Positions 1 to 12,254 of a DNA stretch of 64,000 nt are shown here, piece by piece. The stretch comes from Podarcis erhardii. Taxonomy: Eukaryota. Where the stretch lies: assembly GCA_964252035.1 (NCBI GenBank), contig OZ176216.1; one strand, given 5' to 3'. The notes under the pieces were generated by a model. It ran no database searches. It saw only the letters and a list, made by a program, of their open reading frames with translations, and had not been told where the DNA came from. Position 1 is the first letter of the stretch, and the number at the start of each line of letters is the position of its first letter. A program made the translations under genes and the position numbers.

Positions 1-1066
1 GGTGTCTGATAGTATATAGAAGGCATCAGTTTGTCTACCCCATCTGTAGTGATTTAACAGAGTGGAGAAGAGTTTGTGGCAGTGTTCACATTTCTCATGG
101 GCACTGCCTGTGCTATTTGGGTAGGTCCAGTTCAGAATTGATGAACCCTGGATATGGCTTGTGATTGATTCTGGACCAGCTCCATCTGCACAGATGGAAA
201 GGGCCGAGACAACTGCTTAGCTTACAGCTCCCATCTGTTGAGACCTTACAAGCTCACAATCTCCCTATTTGTTACAAGAGAAGGGCACTCTGAGTCATGA
301 CTTTCCCTTTAGGAATGTTGCAAGGAAGACGGCGATAAAGACTTGAGGAAAGCTATATAAATGATTCATCATAGTCAGACTTTCGGGAGCAATATGCAGC
401 TACAGCTAATCTGTTCAAAAGCTGCTCAAGAATAGAAGAGACAAACCAGTGGCCTGACTATATCACCAAACTTGCTACAGCATAAAGGTAGAGGAGGCTA
501 TGTACACACTCTAGAATTCCCAGCACCCTAAAGAAACTACAGTAGTGGGAGCAGCTGACATTGTTGATGAGGACATAGCTATAGATTGATGGCATATATA
601 GGATACACTATGCACAAACCAGCCTTAGATTGATGGGGTCTGGGATACAGGGAGGAACTTCAGGACTGGGGGCCAAACCCAAGGGCAGCCATTCCAGTAG
701 TGGAAGAGTTGGAGAGCAGAGCTCCCTTCAGCTCTGCTGTGACAGGACAGCTCCATCAGGGCTCCTCTTCCTGCAACTGTTGTCTGGGGGCAGCCATTCC
801 ATCAGGCTACCTCAATGGGAGAGATAGGGCCCACTCCATCAGTTTTGCTGAGCTCCATCAGGCACTTCCTGCCCCTGAACTATGCCAGATAGACATTATA
901 CAAACAACTGTTTAGAAATTGGTGCCTGAGTTTTGATTTTGATTTCCCTTACCCTCTATGTACCCTCTATTTTCCCTTGTGTGTTATGCTTGTAATCCTG
1001 TGGGTAGCAACTGTCTTTCTTTAATTTCTTGTATGCAAGCCACTCTGGGAACCTTTTTGGCTGAAG

Positions 1067-1433
1067 GTAAAGGTAAAGGTAAAGGTAAAGGTAAAGGGAC
1101 CCCTGGCCTTTAGGTCCAGTCGCGGACGACTCTTGGGAGGGGCGCTCATCTCGCTTTACTGGCTGAGGGAGCCGGCGTACAGCTTTTGTGTCATGTGGCC
1201 AGCATGACTAAGCCGCTTCTGGCAAAACCAGAGCAGCGCACGGAAACACCGTTTACCTTCCCGCTGGAGCTGTACTTATTCATCTACTTGAACTTTGATG
1301 TGCTTTCGAACTGCTAGGTTGGTAGGAGCAGGGACTGAGCAACGGGAGCTCACCCCGTCTCAGGGATTCAAACTGCCGACCTTCTGATCGGCAAGCCCTA
1401 GGCTCTGTGGTTTAACCCACAGCACCATCTGTG
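1067..1433 (-). mobile_element. Sauria SINE, full length
   Basis: Reverse-strand tRNA-like head, Sauria body and (ACCTTT)n tail (seen as AAGGTAAAGGT repeats at 1064-1095); 12-bp TSD TTTTGGCTGAAG at 1055-1066 and 1434-1445. Confidence 0.95.
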
Positions 1434-2421
1434 TTTTGGCTGAAGAGTAGGGTGCAAATGCTATAAATGAACAAACAAACCTTTTTCAGCCCAAGAGCCT
1501 GACCAATCTTTGAGGGGCCACATGCTAGTGCTGGGTGGAGCCTCCTGCCCTAATACTTCTTTTTCTACTCTCCATTCAGGCAAGCAAGAAACGTTATCAG
1601 GCTTCACAGGTACATCCTGGTGAGGATAAAATGCTTCAGAATTTTTGGAAGCAAGGCTTCTGAGGGGTGTGGTCTGAAGAGAAGGGGGTATGGCCAGGTA
1701 AGAGTCTTGAGGGCCAGACAGAGATGTCTGGAGGGCCACACCCTGTTATAACCCCCTCAGTCGGTGAATCTCAAGTACAGGATTGTACCATGTTGTTTTG
1801 AATAAATAAGCAAACCAGATAAATGGTTCATATCTGTATGGGGTCCTACTTTTTCTTCATCTTCTGAAGAGTAGTGGATAGATTGGCTTGGGGATTAATT
1901 GCACAGCATTGTCTAGGTTTTAATAGACCAACTCCATGGAAAGAAACAAAAAAATTCTATTAAACGAACATAGACCGCTTGTTTTCAGCAGGAACTCTTT
2001 AATGTGGTTCTTAGGTTGCATTTCAAACCTGTGTCCTCGAGAGAAAATACTTGGTCCCTGTTGTAAGCAGATTACAAATCTGGCTGCAGCCTTGCTGGCT
2101 CCCCTTGCCATAGCGCCTTTAATCAGATGCAAATGCATGCAACTCGTTTAGATATTTGCATAATAAATGTTTCTGTAAAATGTCTTTGCCACTAACTCCC
2201 AAATGTTTTGTTATTAATTATGTTTGCAAAGGAATAGGAATAGGAAAAAATGCTCAGGGAAAAAATAAAACCCTTGCTTTGAATGTTTCTGCTCTTTGTA
2301 CTGAAAAAAGGGAACCTGAAAAGCAAGCCTGCGATTTGGGGCAAATTATCCTCAAGGATGAATTACTGGCTATCTTTCCCTAATGACACAGTAATGATGG
2401 TTGTGGCAGTGAGTTTTGATT

Positions 2422-2685
2422 AACAGATCCTGAAGCTGAGACTCCAATACTTTGGCCACCTCAAGAGAAGAGAAGACTCCCTGGAAAAGACCCTGATGTT
2501 GGGAAAGATGGAGGGCACAAGGAGAAGGGGAAGACAGAGGATGAGATGGTTGGATAGTGTTCTCGAAGCTACCAGCATGAGTCTGACCAAACTGCGGGAG
2601 GCAGTGGAAGACAGGAGTGCCTGGCATGCTCTGGTCCATGGGGTCATGAAGAGTCGGATATGACTAAACGACTAAACAACAACAA
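2422..2685 (+). mobile_element. BovB (RTE clade) LINE, 5'-truncated 3' fragment
   Basis: Encodes ...EDSLEKTLMLGKMEGTRRRGRQRMRWLDSV..., the typical BovB ORF C-terminus; ends in ACTAAACGACTAAACAACAACAA. Confidence 0.95.
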
Positions 2686-3219
2686 ATGAAAGGACAGGCA
2701 AATGGCCAGGTCCCATGTCACCCTACAGAAGGTGCATTGAACTTGTAGGTCTCCTGATGTTGTAGTACTCTGACTCTGGCCATCCCTAACCACTGGCCAT
2801 GCTGGCTGGGGCTGATGGGAACTGTAGTCCAACAGTATCTGGCTGGTTATTCCAAGGTCTCAGCAACTCCAGTACCACAAACTATGACAAAATGCTTCCA
2901 GTCTTGATTTCTCCCCAAGTTCTGGTGTTCTTGGAGAGGCCCCAATTCACTATCTGCCTGCAGTTCTTCCATTTGTTTTATTTTATTTTATGGGTTTTTT
3001 TTTTCAATAATCAAACCACTTTTTAAATAAACAAAATCAAATGCAGCTTTTGCATTGATTTAATCAGAGTGCAAAAACAAATCCTGATGCAATTGCATCA
3101 ACATTCACTTTTGCACAGTGCTTTGATCACTAGTGGACATTTCTGCTCATGCATGTTGGTAACTTGCAAGGAGAGATTCTCAAACTGAAAACCATGGCCA
3201 ACTGCAGTGAGTTTTGATT

Positions 3220-3483
3220 AACAGATCCTGAAGCTGAGACTCCAATACTTTGGCCACCTCATGAGAAGAGAAGACTCCCTGGAAAAGACCCTGATGTTGG
3301 GAAAGATGGAGGGCACAAGGAGAAGGGGAAGACAGAGGATGAGATGGTTGGATAGTGTTCTCGAAGCTACCAGCATGAGTCTGACCAAACTGCGGGAGGC
3401 AGTGGAAGACAGGAGTGCCTGGCATGCTCTGGTCCATGGGGTCATGAAGAGTCGGACATGACTAAACGACTAAACAACAACAA
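3220..3483 (+). mobile_element. BovB LINE 3' fragment (second copy, created by the tandem duplication)
   Basis: ORF 3261-3461 MRREDSLEKTLMLGKMEGTRRRGRQRMRWLDSVLEATSMSLTKLREAVEDRSAWHALVHGVMKSRT; (CAA)n tail. Confidence 0.95.
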
Positions 3484-4576
3484 ATGAAAGGACAGGCAAA
3501 TGGCCAGGTCCCATGTCACCCTACAGAAGGTGCATTGAACTTGTAGGTCTCCTGATGTTGTAGTACTCTGACTCTGGCCATCCCTAACCACTGGCCATGC
3601 TGGCTGGGGCTGATGGGAACTGTAGTCCAACAGTATCTGGCTGGTTATTCCAAGGTCTCAGCAACTCCAGTACCACAAACTATGACAAAATGCTTCCAGT
3701 CTTGATTTCTCCCCAAGTTCTGGTGTTCTTGGAGAGGCCCCAATTCACTATCTGCCTGCAGTTCTTCCATTTGTTTTATTTTATTTTATGGGGGGGGGTT
3801 TTCAAAAATCAAACCACTTTTTAAATAAACAAAATCAAATGCAGCTTTTGCATTGATTTAATCAGAGTGCAAAAACAAATCCTGATGCAATTGCATCAAC
3901 ATTCACTTTTGCACAGTGCTTTGATCACTAGTGGACATTTCTGCTCATGCATGTTGGTAACTTGCAAGGAGAGATTCTCAAACTGAAAACCATGGCCAAC
4001 TGCAGATGTGGCGATTCCCAAATTAACTTTAGAAATTCGCCAACTTAAACCCGAAGACAGGCAGACTGGAATGCTCTGCCAGCCCACAGAACATTAGTGA
4101 AATAGGATCTGATGCTTCTGCTCACGTCCAATGAAAACCAAATCAGCTCTCCAACAATGCTTTCCTCTCCACTTGTGGCAAAGACAGGGATAATGTTTTA
4201 AGAATGAGAATGGCAGTTTGATAATACTCCTATTGGAAAGATGGGTTTTGCAGGTTTTCAATGTGGTTCAGTTTCAGCTGGGGAAAATCTGGTTGTGGCA
4301 AATACTGATTGGCTAGCACCCATGCCATCACCAGCAGAACTCTCACCAGGCCTCGGAGCAGTTTTGCAATTGTTTTAAAATGTGTCTGTATGTACAAGGG
4401 TGAATGTATATGCACACAAGCACACTATTATGCATATCATGTGACATAAAAACCAGGTCGACTTAAAAGACATCTATTTGGGCAGGTGGGCTGGCTAGTA
4501 ATGTTTGTGACCTTCTTTTCAAGTTTCCTCTGTTGGCTGGCATTCTGAGAGAATTGCTTTAGAATACCACCATGAT

Positions 4577-4934
4577 AGGAGATGTGGGTGGTGCTGTGGG
4601 TTAAACCACAGAGCCTAGGACTTGCCAATCAGAAGGCCGGCGGTTCGAATCCCCGTGACGGGGTGAGTGCCCGTTGCTCGGTCCCTGCTCCTGCCAACCT
4701 AGCAGTTCGAAAGCACATCAAAGTGCAAGTAGATAAATAGGTACCGCTCCGGCGGGAAGGTAAATGGCATTTCCATGTGCTGCTCTGGTTTGCCAGAAGC
4801 GGCTTAGTTATGCTGACTGCATGACCCAGAAGCTGTATGCCGGCACCCTCGGCCAATAAAGCAAGATGAGCGCCGCAACCCCAGAGTCGGTCACGACTAG
4901 ACCTAATGGTCAGGGGTCCCTTTACCTTTACCTT
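4577..4934 (+). mobile_element. Sauria SINE, full length
   Basis: Head with B-box-like GGTTCGAATCC, Sauria body and CCCTTTACCTTTACCTTT tail; 12-bp TSD TACCACCATGAT at 4565-4576 and 4935-4946. Confidence 0.95.
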
Positions 4935-5186
4935 TACCACCATGATTTCAGTTTCCTATAGTCAAAGCAGGGGCCTCATGCTCATCACATTGCTAGCATG
5001 TTTCTTTCTTACTGGAGTCATTCAAGCAACCTTTTTCACCCAGAGTAAGGTGAGGTCAAAGAAGAGCATCAGAGGATGGAAAAGGAAATGCCACATTTCA
5101 TGAAAATTACTTTGGACATAGCTCAGAGGAGGAAACAGGGAGCTGTGAGGAAGGTGTCACATAAATATAATTAATCAGTCATTTCA

Positions 5187-5696
5187 GGAAAGGTTGCAGC
5201 ATCTGGAGCTTTTTCGTTTAGAGAAAAAGCAAGAGGTGACATAATAGAACTTTATAACATTAAGCACGGTGGATAGAGAAAAGTTTTTCTCCCTCTCTCA
5301 TAACACTAGAACTCATGGACAGCCAACGAAGCTGAATGTAGGGAAATTCAGGACCCATAAATGGAAGGACTTTCAAATGCAGTGCATAAACAATGGAACT
5401 TTCTCCTGCAGGAGGCAGTGTTGGCCATCAACTTGGATGGCTTTAAAAGAGGATTAGCCTAATTCATGGAGGACAAGGCTCACAGTGGCTACTAGCCATG
5501 ATAGCTATGCTCTGCCTCTACTGTCAAAGGCAATAATGCCTCAGTTTCTGGAAAATGCAGGAGAGAAGAGTGCTCTTGTGCTCAGGTCCTGCTTGAGGGT
5601 TTCTCACAGGCATCTGGGTGGCCACTGTGAGAAGAAGATGCTGGACTGGATGGGTCACTGGCCTGATCCAGCTGCCTTATCTTATGTTTGCTATGT
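5187..5696 (+). mobile_element. CR1 LINE 3' fragment, decayed
   Basis: Degenerate CR1 ORF2 end (DREKFFSLSHNTRTHG..KLNVGKFRT) plus the squamate CR1 3' UTR ending CTTATGTT. Confidence 0.85.
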
Positions 5697-6436
5697 AATC
5701 AATCAATCAAAAGTTGGTATTTGCACCCATCCTTCACAGAAATCAGCACTGCCTTCCGCAAAAAGCTGCCCCAAGGACAAGAAGGTGAAGAGATGCTAAA
5801 TATTAAGTTATCTTTAGTATGCTGAGTCACTCAAGACAAAACCTGGGAATGAGGCCAGTGCACCTCAGAGGTGATGAGATGATCTATATTCAGGAGGATG
5901 AGCCAGCAGAATGGGTGAACTGACACCTCCCACCCACTCCCTGCCCATCACGAAATAGGCAGCAACCTGGCAAGAAATATAGTTTCTGAACCAAGCTCCC
6001 TAAGAATGCAAGGCTTTACCCGAGCTGTCCAAGGAAATTCAAGATCTGAAGTGTCATGAGAGAGAAAACCATGCCATATTATTTAAAAATGCTAAAGAGT
6101 CTTTCTTTGTAAAATGATGGCTTATTTCCACCAGGGAGTTTCCAACTGCAGAGGATGATAACTGAGCTCTCTCTCATACACGTGCACATGCAGATGGACA
6201 CTTCTGCACATTTAATACCTTTCTCTCCTTTGCTTTTTAACCTCTTCCACCAAGATAATGAATTATGGAAACAATGAATTGAGAAGGCCCTTTCCATATG
6301 CAAATGGGATAGGGAAGCAGGGGGAAGACTAGCTAATTAGCTAGATGTTTGTCACAGAGGAAGAACAGAGACGTGTGATAGTTTGCTACAGAGATGCATC
6401 TTTTTGAATTTGAAAATAGTTTACATCAGCTTTGAA

Positions 6437-7075
6437 TGTCACGAACCTGCCAGACCCTGGAGAGACCCATTCAGAGAAAGAGGCAACGGAGCCCACTGAG
6501 AAATCTAACAGTGCTGGAAACTTGGAATAACCCACTAGAATTCTAAGGCACCCCTAGATATCTAGTGCTATGAGTCCTGCAGAGATGCCATGGGGAAGAT
6601 GGTTAGGTCCTGAGCAGGAATAGGGGGAGCTCAGGAAGTTGGAGTTGAGTGGCCCTGAGGCGGGGGGTCCTAGCAGGAAAGGGGTGGTGAAATAGGGGCC
6701 CCAAGAAGTGTCTGAGCCGAGGGATAAGGCCAGTAGTCTAGGATATGGAGAGCTGGATCCAGCGTAGACACCAAGAGGATTGGGAGAGGAATGTTCCACC
6801 CTTGTTACATCAGACACCCCACTTAGATAACTTCTGCTGTTCAGCTACCCTGGCACCTCATTCTGCTAGTGAGGGACCTCCTCTTTCTGGGGAGGTGACT
6901 GAGAGGAAATCAGATGCTGTGCAGGTGCAAACAAACCTCGCAAACCCAACCCACTCAAAGTTGCACCTGTTTGCTTGCCCGGTTAAGGGACTCCGGGTAC
7001 TTGCCATGCTAAGAGCTCTTTCCACCCCACTCTTTGGAGGAAAGATGGAATATAAACTCAATAAATAAAAAGAGT
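6437..7075. mobile_element. Possible LTR-like or unclassified repeat
   Basis: Starts TGTCACG and is GC-richer than its flanks; no matching ..CA end or TSD found, so the right boundary is a guess. Confidence 0.25.
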
Positions 7076-9176
7076 GGGCCCATGCAATTGTTTATATGGG
7101 GTGAGAAACCCTTCACCCTCCAGGCGCTGTTAGAGTCCATCTCCTATCAGACCTAGGCAGCATGGCCAACAATCAAGGATCAGGGGAGCTATGGTCCAGA
7201 AACACATAGAAGGCACATTGATCTACATGTGGTGGAACTGTAAAGAGATCAGAGAATTTTGGGAGGTGAACTATAACAAACTTTAAATAATGCCACAATT
7301 TGGCCCAATTGCTCAAATTGCCTTAAGGTCAGCCCTGATGAGACTGTGCAGAAGTTGGACTGACAAGCCCCGCCCCTTCTACCGCAGGCCGATTAGTGCT
7401 TTTGGCTAGAAGTTCAAAGTCCACCCTTACTGGCAATTAATTAGGGACTGGCAGGCTTCCCGGGGCAATGAGCACATACCTCTCATCAATCTTCTTGACA
7501 TGCAGAAAAGATAAGCTGGGCCCATAACCAAAAATGTCGGAGGTTCCTTATGACCAAGCTGAAATAGCTCTATTCCTCATCATACTTCAGAATCCATCAG
7601 GCTCTCCTCCTCCGACGGTGATTAACAACCTAAGCCATTGATGAGGCTTCAGGCATGTTCCCATTCCGCAGAGTATCCAAACAGCAGCAAAAGGAGCCGA
7701 GAAATGTGTGCTACATTGCTAGGTTTATTGCCAGCTACGCAGGACAGAAAAGAAAAGCATCCGCTCTCTGTGAGAGACAATGAACAAAGAAACAGGAAAC
7801 CAGTAATATCAACATCCATCTTCCGTCTCCTGTGAGATTTCCAACAGTCTGGAATGTAAACAGAGTCTTGTGACTCCAAAAACTGCACAGTGGCATAACA
7901 GAAATCCAACAGTAGGTCCCCGGTGTCAGTATTCAGAGTACAGATTCAAGGACTTGTTATGGAAATAGGGGGGGGCACTTATTGGAAATCAGTTTTGTCA
8001 CCTCCCCCCCCCCAAAGCCCGAGACAATGAGCCCAGCCATCTTATGTCCCTGTCCCTGTCCTGCTTCATATCAAAGGTTACCTAACCAGGACGCTGTCCA
8101 ATAATACTGGTGCACCTGAAGAGGGGAGGAGAGAGAATTGTATGTGGTTGGAAACACAGGGGGGTGGGAGAGGAAAAATCTTCCCCTGTCCTCTCCTAAG
8201 TGAAACCACACATTAAAAAAAAACTGATGTGAAATGTAACTTTTTATCAGCCTTCTCCATTCATCATTTCACTGCAAATATTCACATAAGCTTCACTGGC
8301 AATGTTAGCATCAGATAAATTGCTCAGCTTCCTTATGCTTACTACTGCAGAGAACAAGTGTATTAAAAATGAGCATATGTGTGATAACCCAGGAGCTGTG
8401 TGTGATCTCCCCATATTTAATTTTCAGATCCATAGCTTTCATTTCATATTTTTATTTTTTTACCAGTACAGGACCTGCTACCATCTCTGAAGCCAAGAAT
8501 CTACCAATTTTAGGAGATGCTGGCCCCTATAGCCATCTAAATCTTGCCTGCCTTGGCCATGACGACAAATTAATCAGCCAGCATCAAACCCACGGAGGCT
8601 CCCTGACATTTGTTTCACTGCCAGATGCTATCTCTCCATCGATATTTGCAAAGTATGTACTAGGAAATAGAAAGCATCCAATGGGCTATGCTACAAGCTC
8701 TATGTCCTGCACGCAGGTATCATACGCATGCACCCAAAAATGTATTGCAAAATAAAAATAAAGCATCCCATAATGCAGTATATTATGCAGTTTTATTCAG
8801 AAGGAAATCAACTGAAATGTAGCATCATTCTCCTATCGCTTGATTGCTGAGAGTTATTCTCATACAGATTTTTTTTTAAAAAAAAATAATACTTCAAAAT
8901 CTACTTATTAATCAGTATAGCTTCACATCCATAAGAACCTTGCAGGAAGTGAGGCAAAGGAATGCATGGATATATACAACTTGAATAAAACATTGGGGTG
9001 GGGGCAGGTAAGCACCGCCCCACATAACTGATCACATGACATGGCACATACACACCATTTGAAAGGCAATGCCCATCAACTTTTTGGGGCCCCTGGTCCC
9101 CTCAAATATTTTATTGGGACCTTGGCTCCTAGGATTTGGCTCTTATGGCAGTGTACAAGCTTATCTCCCTTCTGCC

Positions 9177-9324
9177 CAGTGCTTTTTCGGGGGGGGGCGT
9201 AGGGGTACGCATACCCCTAAACATTTTGTGAATCTAAGTTTGGCCTCATTGAGAGGCAGTATTTCAATATGAGTAGGAAAATGAGAGTATCCCCTAAACA
9301 TTTTTTATTTTTAAAAAAGCACTG
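9177..9324. mobile_element. hAT-type MITE
   Basis: TIRs CAGTGCTTTTT / AAAAAAGCACTG; flanking 8-mers CTTCTGCC and CTCCCGCC match at 6/8 (decayed 8-bp TSD). Confidence 0.7.
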
Positions 9325-9344
9325 CTCCCGCCCATATTTTATGC

Positions 9345-9460
9345 TTACAACAGCTCTGCAAGATAGGCTTAGGTCAAAAGAGAGCAACTGGCTGAAGTTC
9401 ACCCAATGAGCCTCATGGCTGTGTGGGGATTTGAATCTGGGTCTTTGGGAGACAGGGCTT
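9345..9460 (-). mobile_element. MIR-like CORE-SINE fragment
   Basis: CTTACAACAGCTCTGCAAGATAGG..GTTCACCCAATGAGCCTCATGGCTG..GGGATTTGAATCTGG resembles the reverse CORE/tRNA region. Confidence 0.6.
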
Positions 9461-9495
9461 TTTGTTATAGTCATGTTGCACTGTGATGCACTACC

Positions 9496-9643
9496 TAAGA
9501 ACATAAGAAGAGCCTGCTGGATCAGGCTAATGGCAGGAACCAAGCACAAGAGCCCTCTACCCTCCTGTGGCTTCCAGGAACTGGTATTCAGAAACATTAC
9601 TGCCTGCAACTGCAGAGGCAGCATGCGACCATCACGGCTAGTA
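9496..9643 (-). mobile_element. CR1 3' UTR fragment
   Basis: TAAGAACATAAGAAGAGCCTGCTGGATCAGG is the reverse complement of the squamate CR1 3' end. Confidence 0.75.
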
Positions 9644-10106
9644 TATTCAATCAAGATACAAATTCACACTGCAAATGGCAATAACCCGAGGGCTCACAAC
9701 AAAGGCGAATGAGAGTGAATCAGTTGCCCTTTAAGAGCGATCATTGCTCTTCCCACACCATTGCCACCAGCAGTGAGGCATGTACACTGAGAGGAGTGGA
9801 ATTAGTATAAATGATCTCTATAAATAATAATGATGTTTGTTCTCCTGTTACTAATTAGCAACAATAATATAATGACTTTTTTCCCTTTGTTAACAAGGAA
9901 ACAGAAGTTGCTTAAATGTGCAATTATTCCGTCAGCTATTTTCAAATCATACATATGCATTTCCTTTGAGATGCAGAGTTCAAATGGTGCTTAGGAACTG
10001 GTACGCCATATGTAAATGTGATTAGCATACTGACACACGGCATCACACTAAAGTTTCTAAAGTGATCACTGCAGCCAGGTGTTCTTTGACAATACCTAAT
10101 GAGCCA

Positions 10107-10107
<1 letters not shown>

Positions 10108-10150
<43 letters not shown>
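10108..10150. repeat. (TTAC)n microsatellite
   Basis: Direct inspection. Confidence 0.95.
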
Positions 10151-10350
10151 TGCCTACCCAGAGCTGTGCATCAGTTGCCACAGTTCTACGGGACCAGAGA
10201 AAAGTCACAGAACATGATGCTAGATCGCAGAATTCAGCCATCTCAGCTTTCTGAAATGAAAGAGCAAGTTTTCCAATTGAAAGAACAAGTTTCTAGGCCC
10301 TGTGAATGCATATAAACATGTCTCTCCCCACTGTTCATTTATTATTGATT

Positions 10351-10510
10351 GATTGCATTTATATCTTACCCTATTCTCCAAACAGTTCAAAGAGGTGTAC
10401 ATGGTTTATACATGGTTCTCCCATTTCTCATTTAATCCCCACAGGAGCCCTGTGAGGTTAAGGCCAAGAAGCAGTGACTGGCCCAAGCTCACCCAGTAAG
10501 CTTCATTGAA
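10351..10510 (-). mobile_element. MIR-like CORE-SINE
   Basis: CTCATTTAATCCCCACAGGAGCCCTGTGAGG..GTGACTGGCCCAAGCTCACCCAGTAAGCTTCAT matches the reverse CORE domain. Confidence 0.7.
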
Positions 10511-10741
10511 GTGGTGTAGCATGGGTTGCCAGTGCCAGGGGCCATGTGGAGCAATGTAGGTGGGAGGAAGGGAAACGGACGGAGTACACTTGCACTTTCA
10601 ACTGCCTAATGGCATCTGCATCACCCAGGAGATTGCAGCTGCAGAGATAAGAAGAGTCGTTCCATTGTCTGGAGAGGTCACTTCCTGCTTTGAATGGAGA
10701 GGCCATTTTCAACAGATCCCCATGATGGAAGTACACTAATG

Positions 10742-10830
10742 GGAAGGGCGCCACTACCGAGAAGGCACTCTGCCTGATTCCCTGTAACTTCACTTCTCGC
10801 AGTGAGGGAACCCTCAGGGGAGGACCTCAG
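10742..10830 (-). mobile_element. L2 LINE ORF2 C-terminal fragment
   Basis: Minus-strand translation ..QGIRQSAFSVVAP.. resembles the L2 motif RAFSVVAP. Confidence 0.6.
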
Positions 10831-11263
10831 TGCCCAAGAAGTTCCCAAGTCTCCCCCACCTCCATCATTGCTCTCTTGGTTATGAGGTGGTTACTTTTTC
10901 ATGCATCTTCTTTCATCAGCTCTATGTACTTTTCAGTGGAAGAAAAGGGAACTTCTTGGGCACTAGGAGAAGACCTCCAGGGTGCTATTGTGCCCACAGG
11001 CATCGCATTAGCAACCCATGCCCTAGATCCTTAATGAACACACCATCAGGGTACCTGACAGGTAAAGGGGAGAAATTGAACTTGACACCATAGGGACGAT
11101 CTTCTTGCTTTCTTCTCTGTGCTAACAATACTCCATTATTCATATAGACATGGCTTGATAACAGTTTAAGTCTTTAAGTATGAAAACACTCTAAGATTCC
11201 AGCTTGGGTCACCTTTCACTTCCCAGTGCTACACGGAGTGCAAATTGTCTTCACCTATACCCT

Positions 11264-11264
<1 letters not shown>

Positions 11265-11313
<49 letters not shown>
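11265..11313. repeat. (CA)n(TA)n microsatellite
   Basis: Direct inspection. Confidence 0.95.
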
Positions 11314-11314
<1 letters not shown>

Positions 11315-12254
11315 ATCTGATGCAAAGAGCAACCTTTGTTTTGCCCCTTAGTCCCTAGGCAGGGGCAGTTTATCCCTTGGATGACCCAGAATGCATCCAT
11401 TATGCCTTTGTGGATTTTAACGAAGCACAGCTTTTAACCTTTCAGCATAAAACAGATCTTTCTTTTAACACTGCAGTTTCCTCTCTCTGCCCAAAATTAC
11501 ATGCTCTCTGGGGTAATGGTATTCCTCTTGTAATGAGAAGGGTAAGGAAGATCACTGGAGGTTGAAAGGAAGAGTGATATCCAAAGATGTAGAGGTTCTA
11601 TGAATCTCTTTAAGGGTTAATTGCCACAGTCAAAGCAGCTGTCCATCACTGGTGCAATTCTGACCACAGAGGGGAACAATGCAGTGAATCTTCAACTGCT
11701 TCCACACCAGGGCTCTTCAGGGCTAGGGTTGCAGCATTAGGCTTTTCCTCAATCAGCCAGAAGTAGAAACGTCACAGAGTGTTTGTGAGTTTAAATAATG
11801 GCCTGAAAAATTGAGGAATATAATACTATAGGGACCTAGCCTGTAGAAGAGGTTTTGAGTAAAGGAATGAGCTGTTGATTGCTCTTTCAGTGGACTCATC
11901 CAGACTGCTTTGTCCAGCTCCTTCAACCCCCCACCCCATCCCAATGAATTTCCCATTGTTCTGATTCAACATTAAATAGTGAGTTTTGACTGAGAAAGTG
12001 GGGAGAAGGGGGAGAACTCAGAATTGGTACCTAGAAAAAGGAAGTCTGGATAAGCCTGCCCCTCTCTCCCCTCGCTTCATCCCTCCCTAGACATTTTCCA
12101 TCAGATAACATTCGTTCTCTATGTACACAACTCCCCATGAATTTCCTCTCAATTTGTCAGTATTTCCAGTGTTGTTGCATATGACATGGTTTGTCACATT
12201 ACACTATCTCCATTGTATCACACTGCTGCTGAAAGAATTGCACTTGCTGCAGAG

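Larger units (their letters stand above)
2406..4001. repeat. Tandem duplication, 2 x 798 bp (2406-3203 and 3204-4001)
   Basis: Near-identical copies at a constant 798-bp offset (duplicated ORFs in the track are also offset by 798); GCAG present at 2406, 3204 and 4002. Confidence 0.97.

Noticed and set aside
4942-5103. Signal-peptide-like short ORF after the SINE
   Set aside because: A hydrophobic stretch is expected by chance in T-rich DNA; the listed ORF begins inside the SINE tail
6437-7510. Second complete solo LTR
   Set aside because: It has a TGTCACG start, but no downstream ..CA end is followed by a repeat of the left flank; kept only as a low-confidence feature
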